Assembly (NCBI RefSeq): GCF_013004595.1
Contig: NZ_JABEMC010000004.1
Span: 186,001 to 250,000 of the forward strand
Direction of reading: 5' to 3'
DNA from: Brevibacterium luteolum
Lineage (GTDB): Bacteria > Actinomycetota > Actinomycetes > Actinomycetales > Brevibacteriaceae
Length of the DNA: 64,000 bases
The notes beneath the pieces were generated by a model, which ran no database searches, was not told the origin of the DNA, and was given only the letters and a program-made list of their open reading frames with translations. Every line of letters starts with the position of its first letter. The first letter of the stretch is position 1. Of the stretch, positions 20,473 through 30,288 are shown in pieces. The translations under genes and the position numbers were made by a program.

Positions 20473-21553
20473 GGTTGGACACCCATTCGGCGTAGAAGAG
20501 TGCGATCGCGCCGACGACGAAGAGCACGGCGATGATCCAGAAGCGCACGACGATCGTCACCTCGCCCCAGCCCTTGAGCTCGAAGTGGTGCTGCAGCGGT
20601 GCCATGCGGAAGACGCGTTTGCCGGTGAGCTTGTAGGAGGCGACCTGGATGATAACGCTGAGGGTGATGATGACGAACAGGCCGCCCATGACGACGAGCA
20701 GCAGTTCGGTGCGCGACATGATCGCCAGGCCGCCGATCGCACCGCCGATCGCCAGCGAGCCGGTGTCGCCCATGAAGATCTTCGCCGGTGAGGTGTTCCA
20801 CCACAGGAAGCCGATGCAGGCTGCAGCCAGGGCCGCCGCGACAATGGTGAGGTCGCGGGGGTCGCGGACCTCGTAGCAGCCGGCGCGGGCTTGGGACATG
20901 AGCGAGCAGTTCTGCGTCGACTGCCAGGTGTTGATCATGACGTAGCCGAGGAACACGACGGCTGAGGCGCCGGCTGCCAGGCCGTCGAGGCCGTCTGTGA
21001 GGTTCACGGCGTTGGACACGGCGGTGATGATGAGGTTGGCCCACACGATGAACAGCACTGTGCCGAAGATGACGCCGGCGAAGGCGAGGTCGACACTGGT
21101 GTCGCGGATGAAGGAGATCGCCGAGGACGCCGGGGTCACGCCGTAGCGGTTGGGGAAGTTGAGCGCGAGGATCGCGAAGGTGATGCCGACGAAGCCCTGG
21201 CCGATGATCTTGCCGCGCGGGCGCAGGCCCAGGGACCGCTGTTTGGAGACCTTGATGTAGTCGTCGAGGAAGCCGATCGCGCCGAGCCCGGCGGCCAGCC
21301 ACAGCACGAGCAGTCCCGAGACCGTCGGCCAGGAGCCGGTAACGAGATGGGCGATGAGATAGGAGGCGATCGTCGCCGAGACGATGACGACGCCGCCCAT
21401 CGTCGGGGTGCCGCGTTTGGTGGCGTGTGATTCGGGTCCGTCGTCGCGGATGAACTGGCCGTAGCCGCGGCGGACGAGCTGGCGGATGTAGACCGGGGTG
21501 CCGACGAGCGTGAACAACAGGCTCAGGCACGCGGCGAGCACGACTGCGATCAT
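20462..21553 (-). CDS. mraY: Phospho-N-acetylmuramoyl-pentapeptide transferase
   Basis: KRGTPTMGG, GFLDDYIK, NAVNLTDGLDGL, IFMGDTGS, MAPLQHHFE. Confidence 0.98.
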   Translation of the reverse strand: MIAVVLAACLSLLFTLVGTPVYIRQLVRRGYGQFIRDDGPESHATKRGTPTMGGVVIVSATIASYLIAHLVTGSWPTVSGLLVLWLAAGLGAIGFLDDYIKVSKQRSLGLRPRGKIIGQGFVGITFAILALNFPNRYGVTPASSAISFIRDTSVDLAFAGVIFGTVLFIVWANLIITAVSNAVNLTDGLDGLAAGASAVVFLGYVMINTWQSTQNCSLMSQARAGCYEVRDPRDLTIVAAALAAACIGFLWWNTSPAKIFMGDTGSLAIGGAIGGLAIMSRTELLLVVMGGLFVIITLSVIIQVASYKLTGKRVFRMAPLQHHFELKGWGEVTIVVRFWIIAVLFVVGAIALFYAEWVSNLAR

Positions 21554-23001
21554 TGGGCCCCCGAGATTCCGGCGATCTCATCGCCGAGGTAGCGCAGTCC
21601 GGCATCGCGTGAGGACTTGAACAGCACGATGTCGCCGGGCTGCAGCTCGGCGTTGAGCAGGTCGCGGGCCTCGGCGACGGTGGCCACCCAGGCGGCCTCG
21701 CTACCCCAGGAGCCTTCGAGGTGGGCTGCCTGATAGATCGGGCGGGCGCCTTCGCCGACGGCGATCGTGCGGTTGATGTTGAGCCGCACAGCCTGCCGGC
21801 CGACGGTGTCGTGGGCGGTGACGGAGTCCTCGCCGAGTTCGAGCATCTCTCCGAGCACGGCGACGGTCCGCCTGGGCGGAGTCTCGTCGTCGCCGCGGCC
21901 CATCGCCGCCAGCGTCTTGAGCGCTGCGGCCATGGAGTCGGGGTTGGCGTTGTAGGCGTCGTTGAGCACGGTCACGCCGCTGGGCGAGTCGATGAGCTCC
22001 ATCCGCCACCGGCTAGCAGCACCGGAGGTGCCCAGGGTCGTTGCGATGGTCCGCGATTCGACACCGCACAGGTGGGCGACGGCGGCTGCGGCGAGGGCAT
22101 TGTCGACGTGGTGCTCACCGAGCAGGGCGAGTTCGACCGGCTGGGGCTCCTCGTCGGGCAGCTGCAGCTGAAACGACGTCCGGCCCGAGGCGTGTGATTC
22201 GATGTCGCCGGCGCGCACGACCGGTGCGCCCTCGGAGCCGGGGTTCGAGGAGAACCACAGGGTGTTGACGCCGGGAGCGAGCACATCGTGCATCGCGCGC
22301 ACCCTGGCGTCATCGGCGTTGAGGACGGCCCAGCCGCCGCTGGTGAGCGATTCGACGAGCTCAGACTTGGCCCGTGCGGTGTTCTCCACGGAGCCGAACA
22401 CGCCAGAGTGGGCGCTGCCGACGTTGAGCTCGACGGCGATGTCGGGGCGGATGAGGGAGGTGAGGTAGGCGAGGTTGCCGATCGTGCGTGCGCCCATCTC
22501 CAGGACAAGGAACCGGGTCGATTCGTCTGCCCGCAGTGCGGTCAGCGGCACCCCGACTTCGTTGTTGTAGGAGTTCGGCGGCCACACGGTCTCCCCCACC
22601 GACAGCAGCAGGTCAGACGTCAGATCCTTGACGGTGGTTTTTCCTGCTGAGCCGGTGATGGCGATGACGGTGAGTTCGCCGGATTCGCGCAGCGCGGCGA
22701 CGTTGAGGGAGGCGAGCTGGCCGAGCGCTGCGGTGGCGTCGGCGACGTGCAGTGTCGGCAGGTGCTCACCGTCGACGGCGGGCACCGCCTCGGCGATGAC
22801 GAGCACGGCCCCGGCTTCGACGGCTGCCGGGGCGAAGGTGATCCCGTCGGTCTGCTCACCGCGCCGGGCGACGTAGATGTCGCCGGGGCTGACATCGCGG
22901 GAATCGGTGACGACCCCGCCGGTGAGCATCGTGTCTTCAGATACGCCGTACAGGCTGCCCTTGAGGGCAGCGGCGACTTCTCCTGCAGAAAAACTCTTCA
23001 T
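21550..23001 (-). CDS. murF: UDP-MurNAc-tripeptide-D-Ala-D-Ala ligase
   Basis: DSR, ITGSAGKTTVKD, NNEVGVP, EMGAR, NDAYNANPDSM, LGEMLELG; ATG at 23001 just after murE stop. Confidence 0.96.
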   Translation of the reverse strand: MKSFSAGEVAAALKGSLYGVSEDTMLTGGVVTDSRDVSPGDIYVARRGEQTDGITFAPAAVEAGAVLVIAEAVPAVDGEHLPTLHVADATAALGQLASLNVAALRESGELTVIAITGSAGKTTVKDLTSDLLLSVGETVWPPNSYNNEVGVPLTALRADESTRFLVLEMGARTIGNLAYLTSLIRPDIAVELNVGSAHSGVFGSVENTARAKSELVESLTSGGWAVLNADDARVRAMHDVLAPGVNTLWFSSNPGSEGAPVVRAGDIESHASGRTSFQLQLPDEEPQPVELALLGEHHVDNALAAAAVAHLCGVESRTIATTLGTSGAASRWRMELIDSPSGVTVLNDAYNANPDSMAAALKTLAAMGRGDDETPPRRTVAVLGEMLELGEDSVTAHDTVGRQAVRLNINRTIAVGEGARPIYQAAHLEGSWGSEAAWVATVAEARDLLNAELQPGDIVLFKSSRDAGLRYLGDEIAGISGAQ

Positions 23002-23002
23002 A

Positions 23003-24538
23003 TCAATCCTGAACTCTACCTGCTGCAACGCCCGAAGGCCGTGAAGCGCAGGCCCGGCGAGTGTGTTCTCGGTCATCGAAGGGGTGGACGACCCCGCCGA
23101 TCTCCTGGCCGGTCTCGTGCCCCTTCCCGGCCACGAGAAGGGTGCCGGTCTCCCCTGCTGCTGCGACGCCGGCGATGATCGCCTCAGACCGGGCGGGGAT
23201 CTCCTCGATGCGGGTGGCGCGGGCCGTTCCCGAGGCGCGGGCCGCCTCGGCACCGGAGCGCACCGCAGCGCGGATGGCGGCGGGGTCTTCGGAGCGGGGG
23301 TTGTCGTCGGTGACGATGACGACGTCGGCACCGCGGGCAGCGGCAGCACCCATATCGGCGCGCTTGGAGGGGTCGCGGTCGCCGCCGGCGCCGCAGACGA
23401 TGACGAGCGGGCGGCCGGATTCGGCCAGGCCGCCGAGCACCTGGGTGATGGCGTCAGGGGTGTGAGAGTAGTCGACGACGGCCAGCGGGGCTGCGCCGTT
23501 GACCTGTTCCATGCGTCCGGGCACGGTGACCTCGAAGGAGCCGGCGACGGCTGCCAGCGCGTCGAGGTCGGTGCCGGATTCGAGCAGCAGGGCCAGGGCC
23601 AGGGCGGTGTTGGCGACGTTGAAGCTGCCCGGCAGCGGGGCGCGGGCGGGAAGTGTTCCGGCTGGTGTGTGCAGGGTGAAGTGCGGGCCGGACTCGTCGG
23701 CGATGAGGTAGGTGGGGTTCTCGGCGGTCTCGCGGGAGATCGTGGCGACCGGCACCTCGGCGATGGCCGCCAGGCGGCGGCTGTAGTCATCGGCGAGCAT
23801 GATGACCCCGCGGTCGGAGAACGCCGGGGTGAACAGGGTGGCCTTGGCCTGGAAGTACTCCTCCATGCTGGCGTGGAAGTCGAGGTGGTCCTGGCTGAGG
23901 TTGGTGAACCCGGCAACAGGGAAGTGCGCGCCGTCGACGCGGTGCTGGGCCAGGGCGTGGGAGGAGACCTCCATCGCACACGTGTCGACGCCGGCTGAGC
24001 GCATGCGGGCGAACAGGGCGTGCAGCTCAGGGGCCTCAGGTGTGGTGCGCACGGCTGGCTGCGTCTGCCCGGCGATTGTCGTGGCGACGGTGCCGATGAG
24101 CCCGGTGGTCCGTCCCAGGGCGGTGAGCAGGCCGTCGAGGATGTAGCTCGTCGTGGTCTTGCCGTTGGTGCCGGTGATGCCCAGCAGCTGTGGAACATCC
24201 GGGTCGGTGCCGTAGATCTGGGCGGCTATGCTGCCCAGGCGTGCGCGCGGGCTCTCGGTGATGAGCAGGCACAGCTCATCGAGGGCCGGGGCTGCCGAGT
24301 CGGCAGCGAGGGCGGTTTCGATCATCTGCTGGCCGGCCGGGTCGGTGAGGATTGCCCGGACGCCTGCGGTGATGAGGGATGGGGCGAACTGGGCGCCGTG
24401 GACGTTGGCGCCGGGCAGGGCCGCGTACAGCCAGCCGGGCTGGGTCTGCCGCGAGTCGTGGCTGACGCCGTGCACCTCGGTGTCGGCCGGGCCGGTGACC
24501 GCGACGTCGTCCGGCAGCTGCAGTTCGGTGATCCGCAT
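23003..24538 (-). CDS. murE: UDP-MurNAc-dipeptide meso-diaminopimelate ligase
   Basis: GITGTNGKTTT, RTTPE, MEVSSH, DHLDFH, PGRME, GDRD, DDNPR (DAP-type), AGKGHE; TAATG overlap with ftsI. Confidence 0.96.
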   Translation of the reverse strand: MRITELQLPDDVAVTGPADTEVHGVSHDSRQTQPGWLYAALPGANVHGAQFAPSLITAGVRAILTDPAGQQMIETALAADSAAPALDELCLLITESPRARLGSIAAQIYGTDPDVPQLLGITGTNGKTTTSYILDGLLTALGRTTGLIGTVATTIAGQTQPAVRTTPEAPELHALFARMRSAGVDTCAMEVSSHALAQHRVDGAHFPVAGFTNLSQDHLDFHASMEEYFQAKATLFTPAFSDRGVIMLADDYSRRLAAIAEVPVATISRETAENPTYLIADESGPHFTLHTPAGTLPARAPLPGSFNVANTALALALLLESGTDLDALAAVAGSFEVTVPGRMEQVNGAAPLAVVDYSHTPDAITQVLGGLAESGRPLVIVCGAGGDRDPSKRADMGAAAARGADVVIVTDDNPRSEDPAAIRAAVRSGAEAARASGTARATRIEEIPARSEAIIAGVAAAGETGTLLVAGKGHETGQEIGGVVHPFDDREHTRRACASRPSGVAAGRVQD

Positions 24539-26535
24539 TACTTCCATTCCCCTGGGTAGAGATCGGGTTCCTCGGTCGATGGTGGCACACCCATATGACG
24601 CAGGGTGAATCCCGCGACGTCGGAGAACACCGGGGCCGCTGCGGTGCCGCCGTAGTAGCCCTTGCGGGGCCGCTGCAGGGTCACTGACACAGCGATCTTC
24701 GGGTCCTCGGCCGGTGCCGCACCGACAAAGGAAGCAGTGTAGCCGTCATAGCCGGGTCCGTTCTCATTCGGCGCCTGCGCAGTGCCGGTCTTGCCTGCCA
24801 CCCGGTAGCCGGGGATCTGCGCGGACTGGCCGGTGCCCTCGGCGACGACGCCTTCGAGCATGCGCATGAGTTCGCCTGCCGCTTTTTCGCTGATGACCTG
24901 TTCGGGATCGGCTGGTGCGATATCGGTCACGCGGCCGGAATCGTCGACGGTGCCGGTCACGAGCTGCGGGGCGACCTTCTTCCCGCCGTTGGCGATGGTG
25001 GCCATCGCCCCGGTCGTCTGCAGTGAGGTGGCTGCCACGCCCTGGCCGAACATGACGGTGTACTTGGTGCGGCCGTCCCATTCATCCGGCGGGTAGAGCA
25101 GGCCGCGGGTGGTGCCGGGGAAGTCGATGCCGCTGGGCTGGCCGAAGCCGAACTTCGTCAGATACTCGTAGCGCTCCTCAAGGGAGAGCTTGTCGCCGGA
25201 GAGGATCGTGCCGGTGTTCGAAGACTCTTCTAAGATCCCGGCGACGGTGAGCTTCTGGTCCGGGTGGCTGCTGGAGTCGCGGAACTCCTCGCCGTTGGGT
25301 GCCTTCCACTTTTCGGGCACGACGAACTTGTCGGTCGGGGTGGCTTTGCCGGTGTCGAGCAGCGCTGCGGCGGTGACCATCTTGGCAGTCGAGCCGGGTT
25401 CGAAGGAGCCGGAGAAGATCCGTGATCCGCGGTCTTCGGCATCAGCCTTGCCGGGGTTGTTCGGGTCGACGCTCGGGGCTTCGGCGGCGGCGATGATCCG
25501 TCCGGTGCCGACTTCGAAGATCGTCACGGTGCCCCATTCGGCTTCGTGCTTCTTGACCTGGTCGGCGATCGCCTGCTGGGCGTAGTACTGCACATCGGAG
25601 TCGAGGCTCAGCTGCAGGCCCTGGCCGTTCTGGGCTGGGGTGATGTTCGAGTCGCCGAGCGGGATGATGTCGCCGGACAGGCCGCGCTCGTACTGCTGTT
25701 CGCCGTCGCGGCCGCGCAGGGTGCCGTCATGCTGGAGTTCGAGGCCGGCCAGCGCCTGCCCGTCGGAGCCGACGAAGCCGAGCAGATTGCCGCCGACCGC
25801 ACCGGCCGGGTATGAGCGGATGGCGTACTCGTCGGCGGTGATGCCGGGGATGTCGCGGGCCTTGATCGCCTGCCACACCTCGGCGGTGATGCCATCGGCG
25901 ACGACCGACCACTGCCGGTCGCCGTGCAGCATCGGATACAGCAGGCCCGGATCGGTGTCGAGGTCTTCTGCCAGCTGTTCGGCGGCACCCCAGGCACCGA
26001 TGATGACGCCGTCCTTGTTCTTGTACTTGCCGACGTTCTGCTGGTCGGCGACCAGCCGGTAGCGCACCGCGTTGTCGGCCAGCACGGTGCCGTCGGCGGC
26101 GAGGATGACGCCGCGGGAGGCCGGCAGGGACAGGGTCACGAGCCGGGAGTCGAGTGCCCGCTCAGCGAGCCTGCGGGTGTCCATCCCCTGGATGTAGAAC
26201 AGCTTGCCGGTGATCGCGATGATGAGAAGCACGGCGCAGATGGCGAGGAACTTCATCCGCTTCTGCGGGTCGGCCACCCGGGCCGGTTTGGGCGTACGGG
26301 TCTTCGGCTTCGCTGTCACCGGTGTGCGCTTGGGTCCGGTGGTCCGGCGGACAGGCTTCTTCTGGGCGGTGGCTGTCGTGCTGCGCGAGGTGCTGCCGGA
26401 GGCGCGAGTGCTGCCAGCTGCCCGCGCGCCACCGCTGCCGGTGCGGGCTGGTCGCTTCGCTGACCGGCTGGCGGGTCGTCGCCGCGGGGAAGCGCCGGTG
26501 CGTGCGGCGGTCTTCCGCTTCTGCGGCTTGCCCAT
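24538..26535 (-). CDS. ftsI: Class B penicillin-binding protein FtsI/PbpB
   Basis: K/R-rich cytoplasmic tail, single TM, RGVI, EPGSTAK (SxxK), SSN, KTGTA. Confidence 0.96.
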   Translation of the reverse strand: MGKPQKRKTAARTGASPRRRPASRSAKRPARTGSGGARAAGSTRASGSTSRSTTATAQKKPVRRTTGPKRTPVTAKPKTRTPKPARVADPQKRMKFLAICAVLLIIAITGKLFYIQGMDTRRLAERALDSRLVTLSLPASRGVILAADGTVLADNAVRYRLVADQQNVGKYKNKDGVIIGAWGAAEQLAEDLDTDPGLLYPMLHGDRQWSVVADGITAEVWQAIKARDIPGITADEYAIRSYPAGAVGGNLLGFVGSDGQALAGLELQHDGTLRGRDGEQQYERGLSGDIIPLGDSNITPAQNGQGLQLSLDSDVQYYAQQAIADQVKKHEAEWGTVTIFEVGTGRIIAAAEAPSVDPNNPGKADAEDRGSRIFSGSFEPGSTAKMVTAAALLDTGKATPTDKFVVPEKWKAPNGEEFRDSSSHPDQKLTVAGILEESSNTGTILSGDKLSLEERYEYLTKFGFGQPSGIDFPGTTRGLLYPPDEWDGRTKYTVMFGQGVAATSLQTTGAMATIANGGKKVAPQLVTGTVDDSGRVTDIAPADPEQVISEKAAGELMRMLEGVVAEGTGQSAQIPGYRVAGKTGTAQAPNENGPGYDGYTASFVGAAPAEDPKIAVSVTLQRPRKGYYGGTAAAPVFSDVAGFTLRHMGVPPSTEEPDLYPGEWK

Positions 26536-26615
26536 GACGTCTGCTCCCCCTTGCTGTCCGGCTCTCTGGCTGTTCGGCCTGTGTGGTCTGCGGCCCCCGA
26601 GCACCGGTTCCGGTG

Positions 26616-27185
26616 TCAGCGCGGGACGGTGAGCTGCGGCGGGCTGAGCTCCTCTGCGCCGGAGTCGCCGACGGCCGGGAGCTTCTCATCTGATCGTAGG
26701 TTCGGGCGGACGGCTTCACGGGTATCGGCACGCGGGCCCGGCACCTTTTCTGCTGAGCCTTCGCTGAGAGCCGGCACCTCTCCGGGGTCGATAACGGACC
26801 CGTCGGACAGGCGCAGGTACTTCACATGCGTCGGCTGGTGCATGCCCATCTCCTCGGCCGCTTTAGTGATCGACTGCGGGCTTTCGCGGTAGGAGATGTC
26901 CTCGGTGAGCCGGTCGCGTTCACTGTGCAGCGCCCGCTGTTCGGCGGTGAGCTTCTCGACCTGGAAGGAGCTGTGGGAGATGAAGATGTTCAAAAGCAGC
27001 ACGGCGACCAGACCGAAGAGCAGCAGCCCGACGAACACGAGGCTGGCAGGTGTGCGGCGCTTGGCCAGGCCCGGAACGATGAGCTTGAGGCGGGAGGCCT
27101 CGCTGCGGGTCAGCGGCGCGGTGAGTGAGCGTGCCGGGCGGGATGGGGCGGCGGAGGTCGTGACGGCGCGGGCGACGGGACTCAT
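26616..27185 (-). CDS. ftsL: FtsL-like septum protein
   Basis: One TM followed by coiled coil ending SPQSITKAAEEMGM; between rsmH and ftsI. Confidence 0.8.
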   Translation of the reverse strand: MSPVARAVTTSAAPSRPARSLTAPLTRSEASRLKLIVPGLAKRRTPASLVFVGLLLFGLVAVLLLNIFISHSSFQVEKLTAEQRALHSERDRLTEDISYRESPQSITKAAEEMGMHQPTHVKYLRLSDGSVIDPGEVPALSEGSAEKVPGPRADTREAVRPNLRSDEKLPAVGDSGAEELSPPQLTVPR

Positions 27186-28198
27186 GAGGAACGGTCACCT
27201 TTCATCTGCGATGCTGCTGTCTTCTTGGTATCCGTGTGGCGGGTCTTCTGTACGGCCCGCAGGCGCACGGAGGCGGCCCGCGGGTTGATCTCGATCTCCT
27301 CTGCCGGGGCCTTCTCGGCCCCGCGGGTCAGCGCGCTCAGCCACGGCTGCAGGTCCGGTGGGATGACCGGCAGGTCGGCTGGTGCCTGGCTTTCGAGTCC
27401 TGCCCGGAAGGCGCGCTTGACGATCGTGTCCTCCAGGGACTGGTAGGACTCGACGACGACGACTCCGCCGACGTGCACGGCTTCGAGTGCCTGGTTCAGT
27501 GCTGAGCGGAGGATGTCGAGTTCGGCGTTGACCTCGATGCGCAGGGCCTGGAAGGTGCGCTTGGCCGGATGTGAGCGGTTGCGCTGCCCGGCCGGCTGCG
27601 GGATGACGCGCTGGAGCATCGCCACGAGCTGATCGGAGGTCTCCCACGGCGTCTCGTCGCGATCGGTCACGATGACGCGGGCGATCTTGCGGGCGTAGCG
27701 TTCTTCGCCGTAGTCGCGCAGGATGCGGGTGAGCTCAGCTTCCGGGTAGGTGTTGAGCACTTCGGCGGCGGTGAGCTCATCACCGGGATCCATGCGCATG
27801 TCCAGCGGAGCGGAGCGGGCGTAGCTGAAGCCGCGGGCGTCTTCGTCGAGGTGCATCGAGGAGACCCCGAGGTCGAAGAGCACCCCGCTGACTCCGGTGT
27901 GCCCGGCACGGGCGATAACCGAGGCCATCTCGTCGTCGGTGGCGTGGAAAGCCTGGAAGCGCTCTCCGTATCCGGCCAGGCGCTTGCCGGCGATCTCGAG
28001 AGCTGTCGGGTCGCGGTCGATGCCGATGAGCTGGACCTGTGGGAAGGCTTCGAGGATGCCCTCGGAATGCCCACCTGCCCCGAGCGTTGCGTCGACGATG
28101 ACCGGGGTGGTGCCCTCCGCCTCGGCGGCGGCGACCCCATGGCCCAGGAGCTCGACACAGCGCTCAAGCAGGACGGGGGTGTGCGGTGCCTGTGCCAT
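27182..28198 (-). CDS. rsmH: 16S rRNA m4C1402 methyltransferase RsmH (MraW)
   Basis: HTPVLL, DATLGAGGHS, DRD, DLGVSS, RGFSY, PLDMRM, FQALRIEVN, SLED. Confidence 0.98.
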   Translation of the reverse strand: MAQAPHTPVLLERCVELLGHGVAAAEAEGTTPVIVDATLGAGGHSEGILEAFPQVQLIGIDRDPTALEIAGKRLAGYGERFQAFHATDDEMASVIARAGHTGVSGVLFDLGVSSMHLDEDARGFSYARSAPLDMRMDPGDELTAAEVLNTYPEAELTRILRDYGEERYARKIARVIVTDRDETPWETSDQLVAMLQRVIPQPAGQRNRSHPAKRTFQALRIEVNAELDILRSALNQALEAVHVGGVVVVESYQSLEDTIVKRAFRAGLESQAPADLPVIPPDLQPWLSALTRGAEKAPAEEIEINPRAASVRLRAVQKTRHTDTKKTAASQMKGDRSS

Positions 28199-28255
28199 GT
28201 CTCCTCCTCTTCATCGTCGAGCGGTGATGGTGCTGGTCGCGGTGGTGCTGCGTGC

Positions 28256-28377
28256 CGCTGGGACCAGAACCTCGTCCGCCTGTGCCCTGCCACCGGGGAA
28301 GTGCGTCAGGACCGGAGGGCTTTGGAACCGGGGAAGTATCCCAAAACCACCAGGCGGGCGAGGATCTCAGCCCAGCG
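28256..28377 (-). ncRNA. mraW RNA motif-like cis element between mraZ and rsmH
   Basis: Long closing stem (cgctggg/cccagcg, cctcgtccgcctg/caggcgggcgagg) enclosing two hairpins that each carry ACUUCCCCGGU; location and CUUCCCC loop match the described actinobacterial mraW motif. Confidence 0.8.
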
Positions 28378-28378
28378 A

Positions 28379-28810
28379 CTAGATCACACCGGGAATCACC
28401 TCGTCGGACCGATCGGCGAAGCCCTGCTCGGTCTCTGCCAGGTAGGTCTCCCATGTCGGTGCATCCCAGATCTCTGCACGGTTGCCCATGCCGATGACTG
28501 CGACGTCGCGATCCAGGCCGGCGTAGCGGCGCAGGATCTGCGGAACGGTGATGCGCCCCTGCTTATCCGGTTGTTCTGCGGAGGCTCCGGAGAGGAAGAC
28601 GCGCAGGTAGTCCCGCGCTTCCTTGCTCGTCATCGGCGCCGATCGCATCTGCTCGTGGACGGTCTCGAACTCCCGCGTGGAGAACAGGGTGAGGCAGCGC
28701 TCCTGGCCGCGGGTGAGAACGAGACCGTTCTCAAGCTCGTTGCGAAACTTCGCAGGCAGGATGAGCCGACCTTTGTCATCAAGGCGCAGGAGATGCGTCC
28801 CCAAGAACAT
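28379..28810 (-). CDS. mraZ: Division/cell wall cluster repressor MraZ
   Basis: [20 protein letters not shown], second DKQGRI repeat, EIWD; GAAAGGGGTG SD. Confidence 0.98.
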   Translation of the reverse strand: MFLGTHLLRLDDKGRLILPAKFRNELENGLVLTRGQERCLTLFSTREFETVHEQMRSAPMTSKEARDYLRVFLSGASAEQPDKQGRITVPQILRRYAGLDRDVAVIGMGNRAEIWDAPTWETYLAETEQGFADRSDEVIPGVI

Positions 28811-28850
28811 GTCGCTCACCCCTTTCGAAACCATCTGGTTCCGATAGCAA

Positions 28851-28874
28851 CCACTGTACTCCACTTCCCCCCAC
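28851..28874 (-). promoter_or_regulatory. MraZ-type operator: three GTGG boxes at 10-bp period
   Basis: Minus strand GTGGggggaaGTGGagtacaGTGG directly upstream of mraZ. Confidence 0.8.
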
Positions 28875-29058
28875 CTTTTCTATACATCTGCCTATGTCTG
28901 GCCAATTTCTCTCTGTTTTCGCTGGTCAGATAGGTGGTGGAAAGTGGGGTTTTTGGGCAGAGAACCCGTGCCCGAGGCGGTGGCTGGGCGGGCTGCAGGG
29001 CGCTTGCGGCCGTCGCCGGGGCGGTCGCGGGCCTGATTTGGCGGGTTCTGGGGGCTGT

Positions 29059-29133
29059 GTGGAGGGATGTGGGGTGGCCGGTGGTGGGAAGTGGGGTGAG
29101 GGGTGGAGAGGGGTGGAGAGGCGGGTGAGGTGG
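29059..29133 (+). repeat. Second array of phased GTGG repeats, opposite orientation, upstream of the MoxR operon
   Basis: GTGG-N6-GTGG pairs at 29059/29069, 29081/29091, 29103/29113 (22-bp period); another pair at 28934/28944. Confidence 0.6.
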
Positions 29134-29166
29134 AGTCGAACCGCCTCGTCGGGGACAATGGAGCCT

Positions 29167-30288
29167 ATGAGCATTCCGAGCGATCCGCAGCAGCCGCTTT
29201 CGCGCCGCCAGGCCCGCGAGTCCGGCTATCCCGTCCCACAGTCGCAGCAGCCCGCCCACGGTTCATCGGCGGTCGGGTCGCAGCCGAGCGGAGCCCAGGC
29301 TCCGTTCATCAGCAGCCAGCCGGCGGCCCCGGCAGGCCAGCAGGGCGTTGATCCGCGCATCCAGCATGTCCAGCGGATCGCCGAGAACGCCCGCCAGGCG
29401 ATGAACTCGGTGCTCGACGGCAAGGACCGGGTCGTGCAGATCGCGCTCATCACGCTGCTGGCCGGCGGCCACCTGCTGCTTGAGGATGTGCCCGGTGTCG
29501 GCAAGACGCTGCTGGCCAAGTCGCTCGGCCGGGTCGTCGACGGTTCGGTCAAGCGCATCCAGTTCACCCCGGACCTGCTGCCCAGCGATGTCATCGGCGT
29601 CAACCTGTTCAACCAGGAGTCCCGCCACTTCGAGTTCCGGCCCGGCCCGGTGTTCGCCAACATCGTCATCGCCGATGAGATCAACCGCGCCTCGCCCAAG
29701 ACCCAGTCGGCGATGCTGGAGTGCATGGCCGAATCCCAGGCCAGCATCGACGGCACCACCTATCCCCTGCCGGCGCCGTTCATGGTCGTGGCCACCCAGA
29801 ACCCCATCGACATGGAGGGCACCTATTCGCTGCCCGAAGCCCAGCGCGACCGCTTCACCGCCCGTGTGTCGATCGGCTACCCCGATCAGGCCTCGGAGAT
29901 CGAGCTGCTCGACCACCACGTCGACCACGACCCGCTGGCCAAGCTGCCGGCGGTGACCTCGCTCGATGAGATCATGCAGGCCCGCGAGATCGTCCGCCAC
30001 ATCGGCGCGACCCACGAGCTGCGCGCCTACATCGTCGCCCTGCTCGAAGCCACCCGCAACGACCCGGCCGTGGCACTGGGCTCCTCCCCGCGCGGCGGCG
30101 TGCAGCTGCTGCGCGCAGCGAAGGCCCATGCAGTGCTGCACGGCCGCGGCTACGCCACCCCGGCCGATGTCCAGGCGCTGGCCGTGGACGTGCTCGCCCA
30201 CCGGATCATCACCCATGACGGGGAGGACCACGACCACGCAGCGGAGATCATCCGGGCGACGCTGAGCCGCACGCCCGTGCGCTCATGA
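29167..30288 (+). CDS. MoxR-family AAA+ ATPase
   Basis: GHLLLEDVPGVGKT, RIQFTPDLLPSD, ADEINRASPKTQSA, ATQNP, LPEAQRDRF, SPRG. Confidence 0.95.
   Translation: MSIPSDPQQPLSRRQARESGYPVPQSQQPAHGSSAVGSQPSGAQAPFISSQPAAPAGQQGVDPRIQHVQRIAENARQAMNSVLDGKDRVVQIALITLLAGGHLLLEDVPGVGKTLLAKSLGRVVDGSVKRIQFTPDLLPSDVIGVNLFNQESRHFEFRPGPVFANIVIADEINRASPKTQSAMLECMAESQASIDGTTYPLPAPFMVVATQNPIDMEGTYSLPEAQRDRFTARVSIGYPDQASEIELLDHHVDHDPLAKLPAVTSLDEIMQAREIVRHIGATHELRAYIVALLEATRNDPAVALGSSPRGGVQLLRAAKAHAVLHGRGYATPADVQALAVDVLAHRIITHDGEDHDHAAEIIRATLSRTPVRS

Noticed and set aside
21550..24198. 882-aa ORF suggesting a MurE-MurF fusion
   Set aside because: The extension is an off-frame read through murE; murE has its own stop at 23003 and murF its own ATG at 23001
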